DNA from: an uncultured Actinomycetes bacterium
Lineage (GTDB): Bacteria; Actinomycetota; Thermoleophilia; Solirubrobacterales; 70-9
Reading direction: 5' to 3'
DNA length: 64,000 bases
NCBI GenBank assembly: GCA_963793785.1
Contig: CAWCBH010000005.1
Coordinates: forward strand, 8,081 to 72,080
In this document: in pieces, positions 53,844-62,505 of the stretch
Numbering within the stretch: the stretch's first letter is position 1
How the letters are laid out: each line of letters begins with the position of its first letter
The notes under the pieces: model-generated
Seen by the model: the letters and a program-made list of their open reading frames with translations, nothing else
Databases searched by the model: none
Told to the model about the DNA's origin: nothing
Made by a program: the position numbers and the translations under genes

Positions 53844-55453
53844 CTATCCGGCGGTGGAGCGGCGCGACCAGAGCTCGTGCAGCGCCAGCACCGCGAAGGC
53901 GTGCGACCAGGCAAGCGGGGTGGTCGAGCGGGGAATCCCGGTCTCGGCGTCGACCCGCTCGGGCAGAGCACCGGCGGGGGTCGCGGCGCGCCGCAGCCCG
54001 GCCAAGAGGCGCAGCGATGCCTCTCGCTCGCCCAGCGCCGCCAGGCTCCAGGCGCTCCAGGCTGTCGGCGCCGACCAGGGCTCGTCGCCGGGCCAGACCT
54101 CGGCGGGCTGGATCCCGAAGCGGCCGCCGGCGGCGAGCAGCTGGACCAACGTGCCGCGGACCAGCCGCCACAGAGCGGGACGGGGAAACGGCCGCACCGC
54201 CCAGGCCGCCGCCGAGTCGCGCCCCGACTCGGGGTCGGCGGCGCGCCGGTGCAGGCCACCGGCGCCGGCGAAAAGGGAGCGCAGCCGGGCCGCCGGTTCC
54301 CCTGCCGCGATCGCGTTCGCCAGGTAGTCGCCCCGGTCGCCGGCGCGCTCCTGATAGTCGCCCCGTCCGCGCCAGCGATCGATGCCGGCGTCGCCGGAGA
54401 GCGGTGCCGCGGCGGCGCGGGCGGCGGCCTCGATCCATCCGCGGAGCATCGCCTTGCAGGGGACGGCCGTCGTCGACGGCGGTTTCGTCGCCGCGAAAGC
54501 GCGCGCCCGCGTCGAGGTCGAGGCGGCGCAGGAATCCGACCACCCGCCGGGCTTCGGTGCGATAACCCGAGCGGGCGAGCGCGATCGCAACCGCGGCGGC
54601 ATCGCGGGGCCAGACGTAGGCCCAGCCCTCCCTGGCACCGGCGGCTGCGGCGCCGCTGCCGGAGTCGGTCAGCGCCCGCAGCATCAGCAGTGAGCGCAGG
54701 TAGAGACGCCGCGCCCACGCCGGAGCGGTGGACGCGAGGGGACGGGCCTGGGTCAGCCAGCCGCGGTCGGCGGCGACCGCGCTTGCGATCGCACCGCCGA
54801 ATCCGGGGCCGGCGCCGAAGCGGCACGTCAGCCGCGCCCGCAGCGTCCCGGTCCCGCGCCAGGTGAGGACTCGCGGCGAGCCGTCTCCTGCGATCCGATC
54901 CGGCTCCGGCGTCCCCGAGCAGCGCCTCGCCGATTCGAGCAGGTTGACCCCGAGCCGCAGCCCGACCTTCGTGCCCGCTGCCGCGTTGACGAGGAAGTCC
55001 CGTACCAGCGTCGCCTCGCCGGGCGCGGCTGCGTCGAGGATCCTCACCCGCGTCGCGGGGAAGGCGGCCTCGGTTCGGACGACGTTGGAACCGGTGAGGT
55101 ATCGCTGCCGCAGTCGCTCGGCTCTCCACAGCGGCGACAGGTCTCCTCCGGCCTCGATCCGAACCACGATGCCGGTGTCTCGATCCACCGTTCCGGCGTT
55201 CTGGCGCCCGACCGGGTTGGAGATCCGCGACTCGCCCGGCGGGACTGTCCGGGCGCAGGTCGACGACCGAGCCGTAGGCGTCGATCGCGGCCGTCAGGCC
55301 GCCGGAGCCGACGACCGCGGTGCCGAGGAACGGAGGGGGCAGGCCGGGCAGCGCCGGCGGCGTTCGCGGGTCCTCGGAGGAGCCGCCGGAGACGAGCACC
55401 GCCCCGCAGGCGGCGGCGGCGACCAGCGCCAAGGCTGCCGGAACCCTGCCCAC
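53844..55453 (-). pseudogene. glycoside hydrolase family 15 (glucoamylase/trehalase-like) gene broken by at least two frame changes
   Basis: Three successive frames carry consecutive GH15-like sequence. First: GTG 55453 ...FLGTAVVGSGGLTAAIDAYGSVVDLRPDSPAG. Second: SRISNPVGRQNAGTVDRDTGIVVRIEAG...YLRSLLMLRALT...GWAYVWPRDAAAVAIAL...DDGRPLQGDA. Third: GWIEAAARAAA...GDYLANAIAAGE...PWSAPTAWSAWSLAALGE...PERVDAETG...PLAWSHAFAVLAL, ending at 53844. Confidence 0.7.
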
Positions 55454-55532
55454 CGCATCACCGTAGAGGAGGGGGACCAGGGGATCATCTAGCCTTCGGC
55501 CGGCCGGCGCTCGCAGCGCCGGCTTGCGCCCC

Positions 55533-55605
55533 GGCGAGGTAGCTCAGTTGGTAGAGCACACGACTGAAAATCGTGGTGTCGGCAGTTCGATTCTGCCCCT
55601 CGCCA
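55533..55605 (+). tRNA. tRNA-Phe: tRNA-Phe (anticodon GAA)
   Basis: A 73-nt cloverleaf folded by hand: acceptor GGCGAGG/CCTCGCC, D arm GCTC-AGTTGGTA-GAGC, anticodon arm CACGA-CTGAAAA-TCGTG, variable loop GTGTC, T arm GGCAG-TTCGATT-CTGCC, discriminator A. CCA is not encoded. Confidence 0.95.
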
Positions 55606-55653
55606 TCCGACTCCCGAGTCTTCAGCAAGCCGCTCACCTCGGCCAGATCGGGC

Positions 55654-57131
55654 TCAGGCGAACGCGTAGTCGTCGAGGTCGAAATGGGCGCTGCGCCACG
55701 CAGCCTCGAGGGTGGGTGAGGCGCGGAAGGGGGCGTCGCCGTGGCGGTCGAAGTAGTAGCTGTTGGCGGTCCCGCAGCTGCCGCGGAAGAAGACCTGGTT
55801 CTTGCGCCGGCTCAGCATCGACTCGAAGTAGCGGCGGTTGGCCTCCGGCCTCACCTCGACCGAGGTCGCGCGGTCCTTTCGCGCCCGCTTCAAACAGCGG
55901 ACGATGTGCCTTGACTGGTTCTCGATCAGCGTGAAATAGCTGGCCCCGTTGTAGGCGTAGGGGCCGAGGATCGCGAACAGGTTGGGGAACCCGGGCACGC
56001 TGACGCCCTGGTAGGCCTGGTAGCGGTTCTCGTCCCACCAGCGCCTCGAGGCTGACGCGCGTCGCGCCCGAGGACCGGATAGGGCGGCATGTTGCCGTGG
56101 TCGAAGACCTTGAATCCGGTGGCCAGGATCAAGGTGTCCGCCTCGTGCTCGGAGCCGTCCGCGGTGCGAATCGCCCCGGGGGTGATCTCCTCGATCGGCT
56201 CGGTGATCAGGTCGACGTTGTCGCGGTTGAAGGTCCGCAGGTAATCGTTGTCGAAGCCGGGCCGCTTGCAGCCGAGCGTGTAGCGCGGCGTCAGCTTGTC
56301 GCGCAGCTCGGGGTCGCGGACCTGCTCGCGCAGGAACTTGCGGCCCGCTCGTTCGCCGATCTTGGCCAGCGGGATCACGCCGTCGAAGTGGGCGGGCAGC
56401 GGAAAGGTCAGCTCCACGAACGCCTGGCTGGCGAGTCGGCGAATCCGGCCGGCGCCGGGGAAGCCGTCGAGACGCCACTGCTCGCGCGGCTTGTCCGGCT
56501 TCGGCAGGCACCAGATCGGCGTCCGCTGGAAGACGGTCAGACGGCGCACCTCGGGGGCGATCGAGGGGATCACCTGCACCGCCGAGGCGCCGGTGCCGAT
56601 GATCGCCACCCGGCGCCCGCCGAGATCGTGCGAGTGGTCCCAGCGGGCGGTGTGCATCACCTTGCCATCGAAGGCGTCCAGGCCGCTGACGTCGGGGGGC
56701 TTGGGCTGTGCGAAGACGCCGGTAGCGCCGACCACGTAGCGAGCGGTGAGCGTGGGGCCGCCGGCGATCGACAGCTCCCAGAGGCTGGACTCCTCGTCGA
56801 AGGCTGCGCCGTCGACCTTGCTGTTGAGCCGGATCCGTGAGCGCAACCCGTAGCGGTCGACGCAGCTCTCGGCGTACTCCTTCAGCTCGGCGCCCGGCGC
56901 GTAGGTCCTGGACCAGTCGTCGCGCTGCTCGAAGGAGAACTGGTAGCTGGGCGAGGGGATGTCGACGCAGATGCCGGGGTAGGTGTTCCAGTGCCAGGCG
57001 CCGCCGACGCCATCGCCGGCCTCGAGCAGGACCGAGTCGCCGAACCCTGCCTGGTCGAGCTTGATCGCGGCGCCGATCCCGGAGAACCCGGCGCCGACGA
57101 TCGCGATCTCGTGATCGGGGCGGCGGCTCAT
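55654..57131 (-). pseudogene. flavin-containing / Baeyer-Villiger-type monooxygenase with interrupted frame
   Basis: The N-terminal frame reads IAIVGAGFSGIGAAIKL...GGAWHWNTYPGICVDIPS...VAIIGTGASAVQ...LILATGFKVFDHGNMPPYPVLGRD. The C-terminal frame (net +2) reads WWDENRYQAYQGVSVPGFPNLFAILGPYAYNG...ANRRYFESM...FFRGSCGTANSYYF. The short linker RVSLEA is readable only in the third frame. Confidence 0.75.
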
Positions 57132-57152
57132 TGCCGGAGGCACTTTGTCAGT

Positions 57153-57512
57153 TCAGAGGTCAACGATGACGTCGAAGCCGCCGTAGATCATCCGCTTCAT
57201 GTCGCCCGGCATCGACTCCGGTTCCATGCCGGCGAGGCGCGGGTCGTTCATCACCTTCTTGTTGACCCGATCGCGATGCGCGCGCGACTTGTAGGTGATC
57301 CAGGCGAACACGACGGTCTCGCCGCGCTTGACCTTGACGCTGCGCGGGAACGAGGTGATCTTCCCCACCTCGACGTCCTCGGCGACGCACTCCGTGTAGT
57401 CGAGCGCGCCGTGCTCGCGCCAGATCTTGCCCGCCTTGCGGGCGATGCGACGGTAGGCGTCGACGTCGCGCTTGCGGATCGGGAGGACGAAACCATCGAC
57501 GTAGCGAGCCAT
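57153..57512 (-). CDS. DUF1428 family protein
   Basis: 119 aa from ATG 57512 with a GGAGG SD: MARYVDGFVLPIRKRDVDAYRRIARKAGKIWREHGALDYTECV...FAWITYKSRAHRDRVNKKVMNDPR...MIYGGF matches the YbaA/DUF1428 pattern. Confidence 0.8.
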   Translation of the reverse strand: MARYVDGFVLPIRKRDVDAYRRIARKAGKIWREHGALDYTECVAEDVEVGKITSFPRSVKVKRGETVVFAWITYKSRAHRDRVNKKVMNDPRLAGMEPESMPGDMKRMIYGGFDVIVDL

Positions 57513-57631
57513 GCGAAACCTCCTTGGTTCGTTTGCAGTCCTGTTGGAATAGAGACCGCGCCGCCGCCGGAAATCATCGAGGTCGTGTGCGGAAAGTGGC
57601 GCTATGCGACAAACGCGCCACTCCGGCCTCG

Positions 57632-58111
57632 TCAACCCAGCTCGACGCCGCCGAAGCGCCGCCGCAGACGGCGGTGGCGGTGGCGGAAGAACCAGCGAAA
57701 CAGCGGTCGCAGCGGCGTCCCCGGGAGGCCGAGCCGAGGCTCCCAGCGGACCCGGTCGGTGATCAGGCAGCCGCCTTCCCCTACCGCCTCCAGCGTTCGC
57801 TCGTGCTCCCAGGTGCGCTGGCTGAGCATCGAGGAGCGCTCGAGGAAGCCGCGGCCTTCCTCCAGGCGCACCAGCGTGATCTCGTCGTAGTCGAACGGCA
57901 GCAGCCCGAAGAGGAGGATCCAGCTGCGGCCGATCGGCTTGCCGAGCTCGACGGTGGCGGGGTCGAGCCGGTCGAACCCGCGGGGGATCGTCATCCGCAG
58001 CCAGGGCCGCATCTCGTCGTTGATCCCGGCCGGGGTCACGACCCGGTCCCAGACCCGGTCGGGTCGCGCGTCGAGCCTCGAGGCGACGCTGATCTCCGCC
58101 GGCCTGGACAC
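57632..58111 (-). CDS. SRPBCC (START/polyketide-cyclase-like) domain protein
   Basis: GTG 58111: VSRPAEISVASRLDARPDRVWDRVVTPAGINDEMRPWLRM...LLFGLLPFDYDEITLVRLEEGRGFLERS... is typical of SRPBCC proteins. The remaining upstream part of the 677-aa ORF is antisense to the next gene and is rejected. Confidence 0.6.
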   Translation of the reverse strand: MSRPAEISVASRLDARPDRVWDRVVTPAGINDEMRPWLRMTIPRGFDRLDPATVELGKPIGRSWILLFGLLPFDYDEITLVRLEEGRGFLERSSMLSQRTWEHERTLEAVGEGGCLITDRVRWEPRLGLPGTPLRPLFRWFFRHRHRRLRRRFGGVELG

Positions 58112-58171
58112 CCTGCGAACCCTATTCGCAGCCGCCGGTGCGTCCGCCCTCTCTTCTACTTTGGATTCGAG

Positions 58172-59167
58172 ATGAGCCAGACCTCCCTGATCGACACCGG
58201 CGCCGCCCCCCGCCCGCTGCTGGGCGAGCTCGTCCCGGGCCAGCAGCTCGAGGGCGTGTTCGGGGTCCGCGAGCGCGACCTGCGCCAGAAGCGCAACGGC
58301 GAGGCCTGGCTGCGGCTGGTCCTCTGCGACCGCAGCGGCAGCGTCGAGGCCGTCTCCTGGGAGGAGGCAGAGACCCGCTACGGGCTCGCCCAGCCCGGTT
58401 CGGCGCTCGCAGTCAGCGGCGTCTTCGAGGTCAACGAGCGCTGGGGGCCGAAGATCAAGCTCGCCGAGCTGCGCCTCGCGGAGCCCGGGGAGTACCGGCC
58501 CGAGGACCTCGCCCGCGGGCCCGAGCAGCCGCTCGAGCGCCTGGAGGGGGACCTGCGGCAGCTGCTGGAGACGATCCAGGACCCCGGGCTCTCCGAGCTG
58601 CTGGGCCGCTTCTTCGCCGAGGGATCGCCGACCTGGGACCGCTTCCGCGAGGCGCCGGCGGCGAAGTTCTACCACCAGGCCTACCGCCACGGCCTGCTCG
58701 AGCACACGCTCTCGGTCGCGCAAGCGGTCAGCGCCGCGGCGGCGTTCTTTCCCGGCATCGACCGCGACATCGCGGTCAGCGGCGCCCTCCTGCACGACAT
58801 CGGCAAGACCGAGGCCTACAACGCCGACCCGATGGCGATCGACCTCACCGACGCCGGGCGCCTGCACGGCGAGATCCCGCTCGGCTACTACCTCGTCCGC
58901 CGGCAGATCGAGGAGATCCCCGGCTTCGATCCCTCCTCGGCACAGGCGCTGCTGCACATCATCCTCAGCCACCACGGCGCCCTCGAGCACGGCTCGCCGG
59001 TGGTTCCCTGCACTCGCGAAGCGGTCCTCGTGCACATGATCGACAACCTCGGCGGCCGGCTCGGCAGCTTCGACCGCCTCGAGCGCGAGCTGCCGGACGG
59101 CGAGCAGTGGTCGCGCTTTGACCGCGCCCTCGAGGGCTCGGCCTACTTCGGCCGCCGCGCCGCCTGA
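58172..59167 (+). CDS. OB-fold plus HD-domain 3'-5' exoribonuclease (YhaM/Cbf1-like)
   Basis: ATG 58172. The N-terminal OB fold reads GVFGVRERDLRQKRNGEAWLRLVLCDRSGSVEAVSWE. The HD domain reads FYHQAYRHGLLEHTLSV...GALLHDIGK...ILSHHG. Confidence 0.8.
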   Translation: MSQTSLIDTGAAPRPLLGELVPGQQLEGVFGVRERDLRQKRNGEAWLRLVLCDRSGSVEAVSWEEAETRYGLAQPGSALAVSGVFEVNERWGPKIKLAELRLAEPGEYRPEDLARGPEQPLERLEGDLRQLLETIQDPGLSELLGRFFAEGSPTWDRFREAPAAKFYHQAYRHGLLEHTLSVAQAVSAAAAFFPGIDRDIAVSGALLHDIGKTEAYNADPMAIDLTDAGRLHGEIPLGYYLVRRQIEEIPGFDPSSAQALLHIILSHHGALEHGSPVVPCTREAVLVHMIDNLGGRLGSFDRLERELPDGEQWSRFDRALEGSAYFGRRAA

Positions 59168-59221
59168 GCTCCTAGCGGCGCCGGCGTTTCTGCACTGCCG
59201 GGCTATCTTCCGCTGAGCCGG

Positions 59222-59804
59222 ATGCATCTCGCTCGAATCACGCCCCGGCGACTGGCGATCCGCATGGTCCGCCACCAGACGGTCCGGTTCGCCCAGCGCT
59301 ATCTGCGCGGGTTGCACGGACTCGAGATCGGCGGCGCCAGCCACGTGGACTTCGGCGTCAATGTGATCAACGTCGACCGGAGTGCCTCCATGGACACGGT
59401 CTACAAGCGCCACGAGATCAAGAGGGCTGGATACGCGCGGCCGGTCGATCTGGTCGCCTCGGGGGAGGCGTTGCCGATCGGCGACGACAGCGTCGATTTC
59501 GTCCTCGCATCGCATGTGATCGAGCACATGCCGGATCCGATCGCCGCCCTGCTGGAGTGGACTCGTGTGGCCCGGTATTACCTGTTCCTCGTCGTGCCGC
59601 ATCGCGACCGGACCTTCGATCGGGACCGGCCGCTGACGCCGCTGACCGAGCTGGTCGAGCGCCATCGAGGCCGGATTCGACAGCGGCGAGGACCGGCATT
59701 GGTCGGTCTGGAATACCGAGAGCTTCCTCGAGCTGTGCGACCATGGCCTCGAGGTCGTCGACTACCGCGACCGGATCACTGGATGGGTCGGATCGCGCTG
59801 GTGA
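59222..59804 (+). pseudogene. class I SAM-dependent methyltransferase with interrupted frame
   Basis: GLEIGGASHVDFG...SVDFVLASHVIEHMPDPIAALLEWTRVARYYLFLVVPHRDRTFD...LTELVERH, then Arg-rich nonsense. The +1 frame (open from 59646) reads GFDSGEDRHWSVWNTESFLELCDHGLEVVDYRDRITGWVGSRW and stops at 59802-04. Confidence 0.7.
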
Positions 59805-59953
59805 TCTCCGCAGGCCAGCCCAGAGTGGACACCGCGACTCAGTCCCGGGCCGCCGACGGCCTAGCGCGAGGCTCGAGCAGCGCGCGCAAGGATCGCGGTC
59901 CAGGGCCTCGGACGCGCAGCTGGACGTCAGTCGCCGAGCCGCGCGGACGCTGC

Positions 59954-60097
59954 CTAGAGGATCGGTATCGCGACCCCGAACGCGGCCAGGATCGGCAGCG
60001 CCACCACGGCGCCGATCAGCAGCCCGATCGCGTAGGCGAACAGCGCCCGCGAGCCCTCGACCCGCTCGACGACGTGAAGCTGGGAGCTCAGGTCCAT
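59954..60097 (-). CDS. small hydrophobic protein (47 aa), below the ORF-track length cutoff
   Basis: AAGGAGG lies 6 nt before ATG 60097. MDLSSQLHVVERVEGSRALFAYAIGLLIGAVVALPILAAFGVAIPIL: one TM helix, high GC3, TAG stop at 59954-56. Confidence 0.45.
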   Translation of the reverse strand: MDLSSQLHVVERVEGSRALFAYAIGLLIGAVVALPILAAFGVAIPIL

Positions 60098-60255
60098 CAC
60101 AAACCTCCTTCTTGCGCCGACGGGGTTAGCTGACGGGCTCGCGCTGAAGAAGTTGCGCTACGGGCCAACCGGCCCGATTCGCCCCTGAGGCCTGCAACGG
60201 CCCCCAGTTGGTTCCCCCGCTCCGCGCGGCCGGCGCGGATTGGGCATTTGCTTGC

Positions 60256-60339
60256 TTGGGACGGTGACGACACTAGCTCGATACACGGCTGCTTTCGCCG
60301 TTGGGACGGTCCCACCTGCGGCGCGACACGCAAATTGCG
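60256..60339. promoter_or_regulatory. repeat and palindrome upstream of pafBC
   Basis: TTGGGACGGT occurs twice (60256-65 and 60301-10, 45 nt apart). A CGCAA-a-TTGCG palindrome lies at 60329-39. TATTCT lies 8 nt before GTG 60398, a possible -10 for a leaderless transcript. Confidence 0.35.
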
Positions 60340-60397
60340 GGCTTTCCACCGCGAGGGCGCCGGGCGGCCCCGAAGACCCTGACTATTCTGCGATTTC

Positions 60398-62446
60398 GTG
60401 GCCAAGGACACCGAGAAGCTGATTCGCCAGCTCTCGCTGATCTCGTTCCTGATGGCGCAGGGTAGGCCCGCATCGGCGCTGGAGATCAAGCGGGAGGTCG
60501 AGGGCTACAGCGACATGAACGACGACGCCTTCGCGCGCCGCTTCTACGCCGACCGGGCCGAGCTCGAGAGCCTCGGCATCGAGCTGCAGATCGAGAAGCC
60601 CGGCGAGGGCTTCTTCGAGGCCGAGCTCTACTCGCTGCCGCCGGAGAACTTCTACCTGCCGGCGATCAAGTTCACCGACGACGAGCTGGCGGCGCTGCGG
60701 ACGGCGCTCTCGCTGCTCACCGACGGCGGCTTCGCCTACGCGGAGCCGCTGCGGCTGGCCCTCCAGCAGGTCGCCTGGGGTCACCCGAACCCGCTGTCCG
60801 AAGGCGAGCGGGCACCGGTCGAGATCGCCGCCACCGCCTCCGCCGGAGGCCGCGACCTCTCGCAGCGGCTGTCGAAGATCGAGACCGCGATCTCGCGCCG
60901 CAAGACGATCGAGTTCACCTACTACACGATGGAGCGCGACGACACCGAGGACCGCCGCGTCGACCCCTACCACCTCGTCTTCCGCGGCGGCCAGTTCTAC
61001 TTGATCGGCCTCTCGCACGAGCGCGAGGCGGTGCGCGTGTTTCGCCTCTCCCGGATCCAGGGCAAGGTCGGCTACGCGTCCAAGGCCGAGCACGACTTCG
61101 CGCCGCCCGAGGACTTCGACCGCCGCGACTACGCCCGCCGCGCCGACTGGCAGCTGGGCGATCTCAAGGGGACGGCGAAGATCTTCCTCCGCGACCGGAT
61201 CTCCTGGCTGGTCGACCGCGACTTCGGCTTCTACGGCGAGATGCGACCCGCCGTCAAGGCCGACGACGCCCCCGGCAGGGGCTCGATATTCGAGACCGAG
61301 TACGCCTCCGAGCGGGAGCTGATCGCCTGGGTGCTGCGCTGGCGCGCCAACGCCCAGGTGCTGGACCCGCCGCCGCTGCGAAAGGAGGCCGAGCGGCGGC
61401 TGGGGATGCTGCGCGACCGCCACCGCAACGGCTTCGAGCCCGCGAAGACGGTCGAGCGCCCGGTCCGCCCGCCGGTCCGCCGCAGCCGCTCCAACGGCCG
61501 CGACGAGACCACGATCCGGCCGGAGCGCTTCGCCCGCCTGGTCACCCTGGCCGGCCAGCTGATCGAGGCCGCCAAGGCCGGCGAGCGCCTGCAGACGGCC
61601 GAGGTCTGCAAGCGGCTGAAGCTCACCGAGGAGGAGCTGCGCGAGGACATCGAGGTCCTCAACGTGGTCAACTTCGGCGGCGGCACCTACGTGCTCTACG
61701 CCGAGGTCCAGGGCGCCGAGATCGAGGTCGACTCCGAGCCCTACGGGGACAACTTCGCCCGTCCGGCGCGGCTGCTGCCGCTGGAGGCCAAGGCGCTGGT
61801 GGCGGCGATCGACCTCTTCGGCGACCACCTCCCGCAGTCGGGCCTGCAGACCGCCCGCACCAAGATCGTCACCGCGCTCGGCCACGACCCCTCCCAGGAG
61901 GGGCTGGAGATAGCCAGGGAGGGAGGCGACGCGGAGATCGCCCGGATCATCAACGAGGCGATCGCCGGCCGCCGCGTCCTCGAGCTCCAGTACTACAAGG
62001 AGAACGAGGACCAGTTCACGAAGCGCAAGATCGAGCCCTATCGGCTTCAGAACGGGACCGACGGCTGGTACGTGGCCTCCTATGACCGCGGCCGCGAGGA
62101 CGTGCGCCACTTCAAGCTCGACCGCATCAAGGAGGCGAAGCTCGCCAAGGACAGCTTCGAGCCGCGGCCCGAGATCGAGGAGCTGGCCGGGATCGAGGGC
62201 TGGATGACCGACGGCGAGATGCCCGGGTCGGAGGTGGCCCGGGTCTGGGTCTCCCCCGACCGGGCCCGCTGGATGCGCGAGGAGAAGACGGTGCTGGAGG
62301 AGCTCGCCGACGGCGCCGTGGTGATCGAGCTGCCCTACGCGGGCACCGCGTTCCTGGTCCGCGAGATCCTCCGCGGCGCCGGCGACCTCGTCGTGCTGGA
62401 GCCCGACGACGCCCGCGAGGCGATCGCCAAGGAGGTCGCGGGGTAG
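60398..62446 (+). CDS. pafBC: fused PafB-PafC-like regulator (two tandem HTH-WYL-WCX modules)
   Basis: Module 1: KLIRQLSLISFLMAQGRPASALEIKREV...DRAELESLGIEL...RKTIEFTYYTMERDDTEDRRVDPYHLVFRGGQFYLIGLSHEREAVRVFRLSRI. Module 2: RFARLVTLAGQLIEAAK...RRVLELQYYKENEDQFTKRKIEPYRLQNGTDGWYVASYDRGREDVRHFKLDRI. Each module has a WYL-type core and a C-terminal extension. Confidence 0.85.
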   Translation: MAKDTEKLIRQLSLISFLMAQGRPASALEIKREVEGYSDMNDDAFARRFYADRAELESLGIELQIEKPGEGFFEAELYSLPPENFYLPAIKFTDDELAALRTALSLLTDGGFAYAEPLRLALQQVAWGHPNPLSEGERAPVEIAATASAGGRDLSQRLSKIETAISRRKTIEFTYYTMERDDTEDRRVDPYHLVFRGGQFYLIGLSHEREAVRVFRLSRIQGKVGYASKAEHDFAPPEDFDRRDYARRADWQLGDLKGTAKIFLRDRISWLVDRDFGFYGEMRPAVKADDAPGRGSIFETEYASERELIAWVLRWRANAQVLDPPPLRKEAERRLGMLRDRHRNGFEPAKTVERPVRPPVRRSRSNGRDETTIRPERFARLVTLAGQLIEAAKAGERLQTAEVCKRLKLTEEELREDIEVLNVVNFGGGTYVLYAEVQGAEIEVDSEPYGDNFARPARLLPLEAKALVAAIDLFGDHLPQSGLQTARTKIVTALGHDPSQEGLEIAREGGDAEIARIINEAIAGRRVLELQYYKENEDQFTKRKIEPYRLQNGTDGWYVASYDRGREDVRHFKLDRIKEAKLAKDSFEPRPEIEELAGIEGWMTDGEMPGSEVARVWVSPDRARWMREEKTVLEELADGAVVIELPYAGTAFLVREILRGAGDLVVLEPDDAREAIAKEVAG

Positions 62447-62505
62447 CCGAGCAGGCGCCGGGCCACCCCGAGGTCTCGCGTCTCGTCGCCCCCAATCCGG
62501 GGCCG

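Noticed and set aside
52835-55453. An 872-aa ORF that could be read as one large protein.
   Set aside because: Only its last 332 codons (from ATG 53833, lipobox LLTAC) look like protein. The middle is Arg-rich nonsense, out of frame with the GH15 pseudogene on the same strand. The first ~75 codons are the GH15 N-terminus. It is a chimera of frames, not a gene.
57632-59665. A 677-aa minus-strand ORF.
   Set aside because: Only the 3' ~159 codons (SRPBCC-like) are credible. The remainder is antisense to the well-supported YhaM-like HD-domain gene (58172..59167) and to the methyltransferase.
55533-60400. A genomic island integrated at tRNA-Phe.
   Set aside because: There is no integrase, recombinase or mobility gene. 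I saw no direct repeat of the tRNA 3' end downstream and no obvious compositional change. The higher density of broken genes here matches the window-wide indel pattern rather than island decay.
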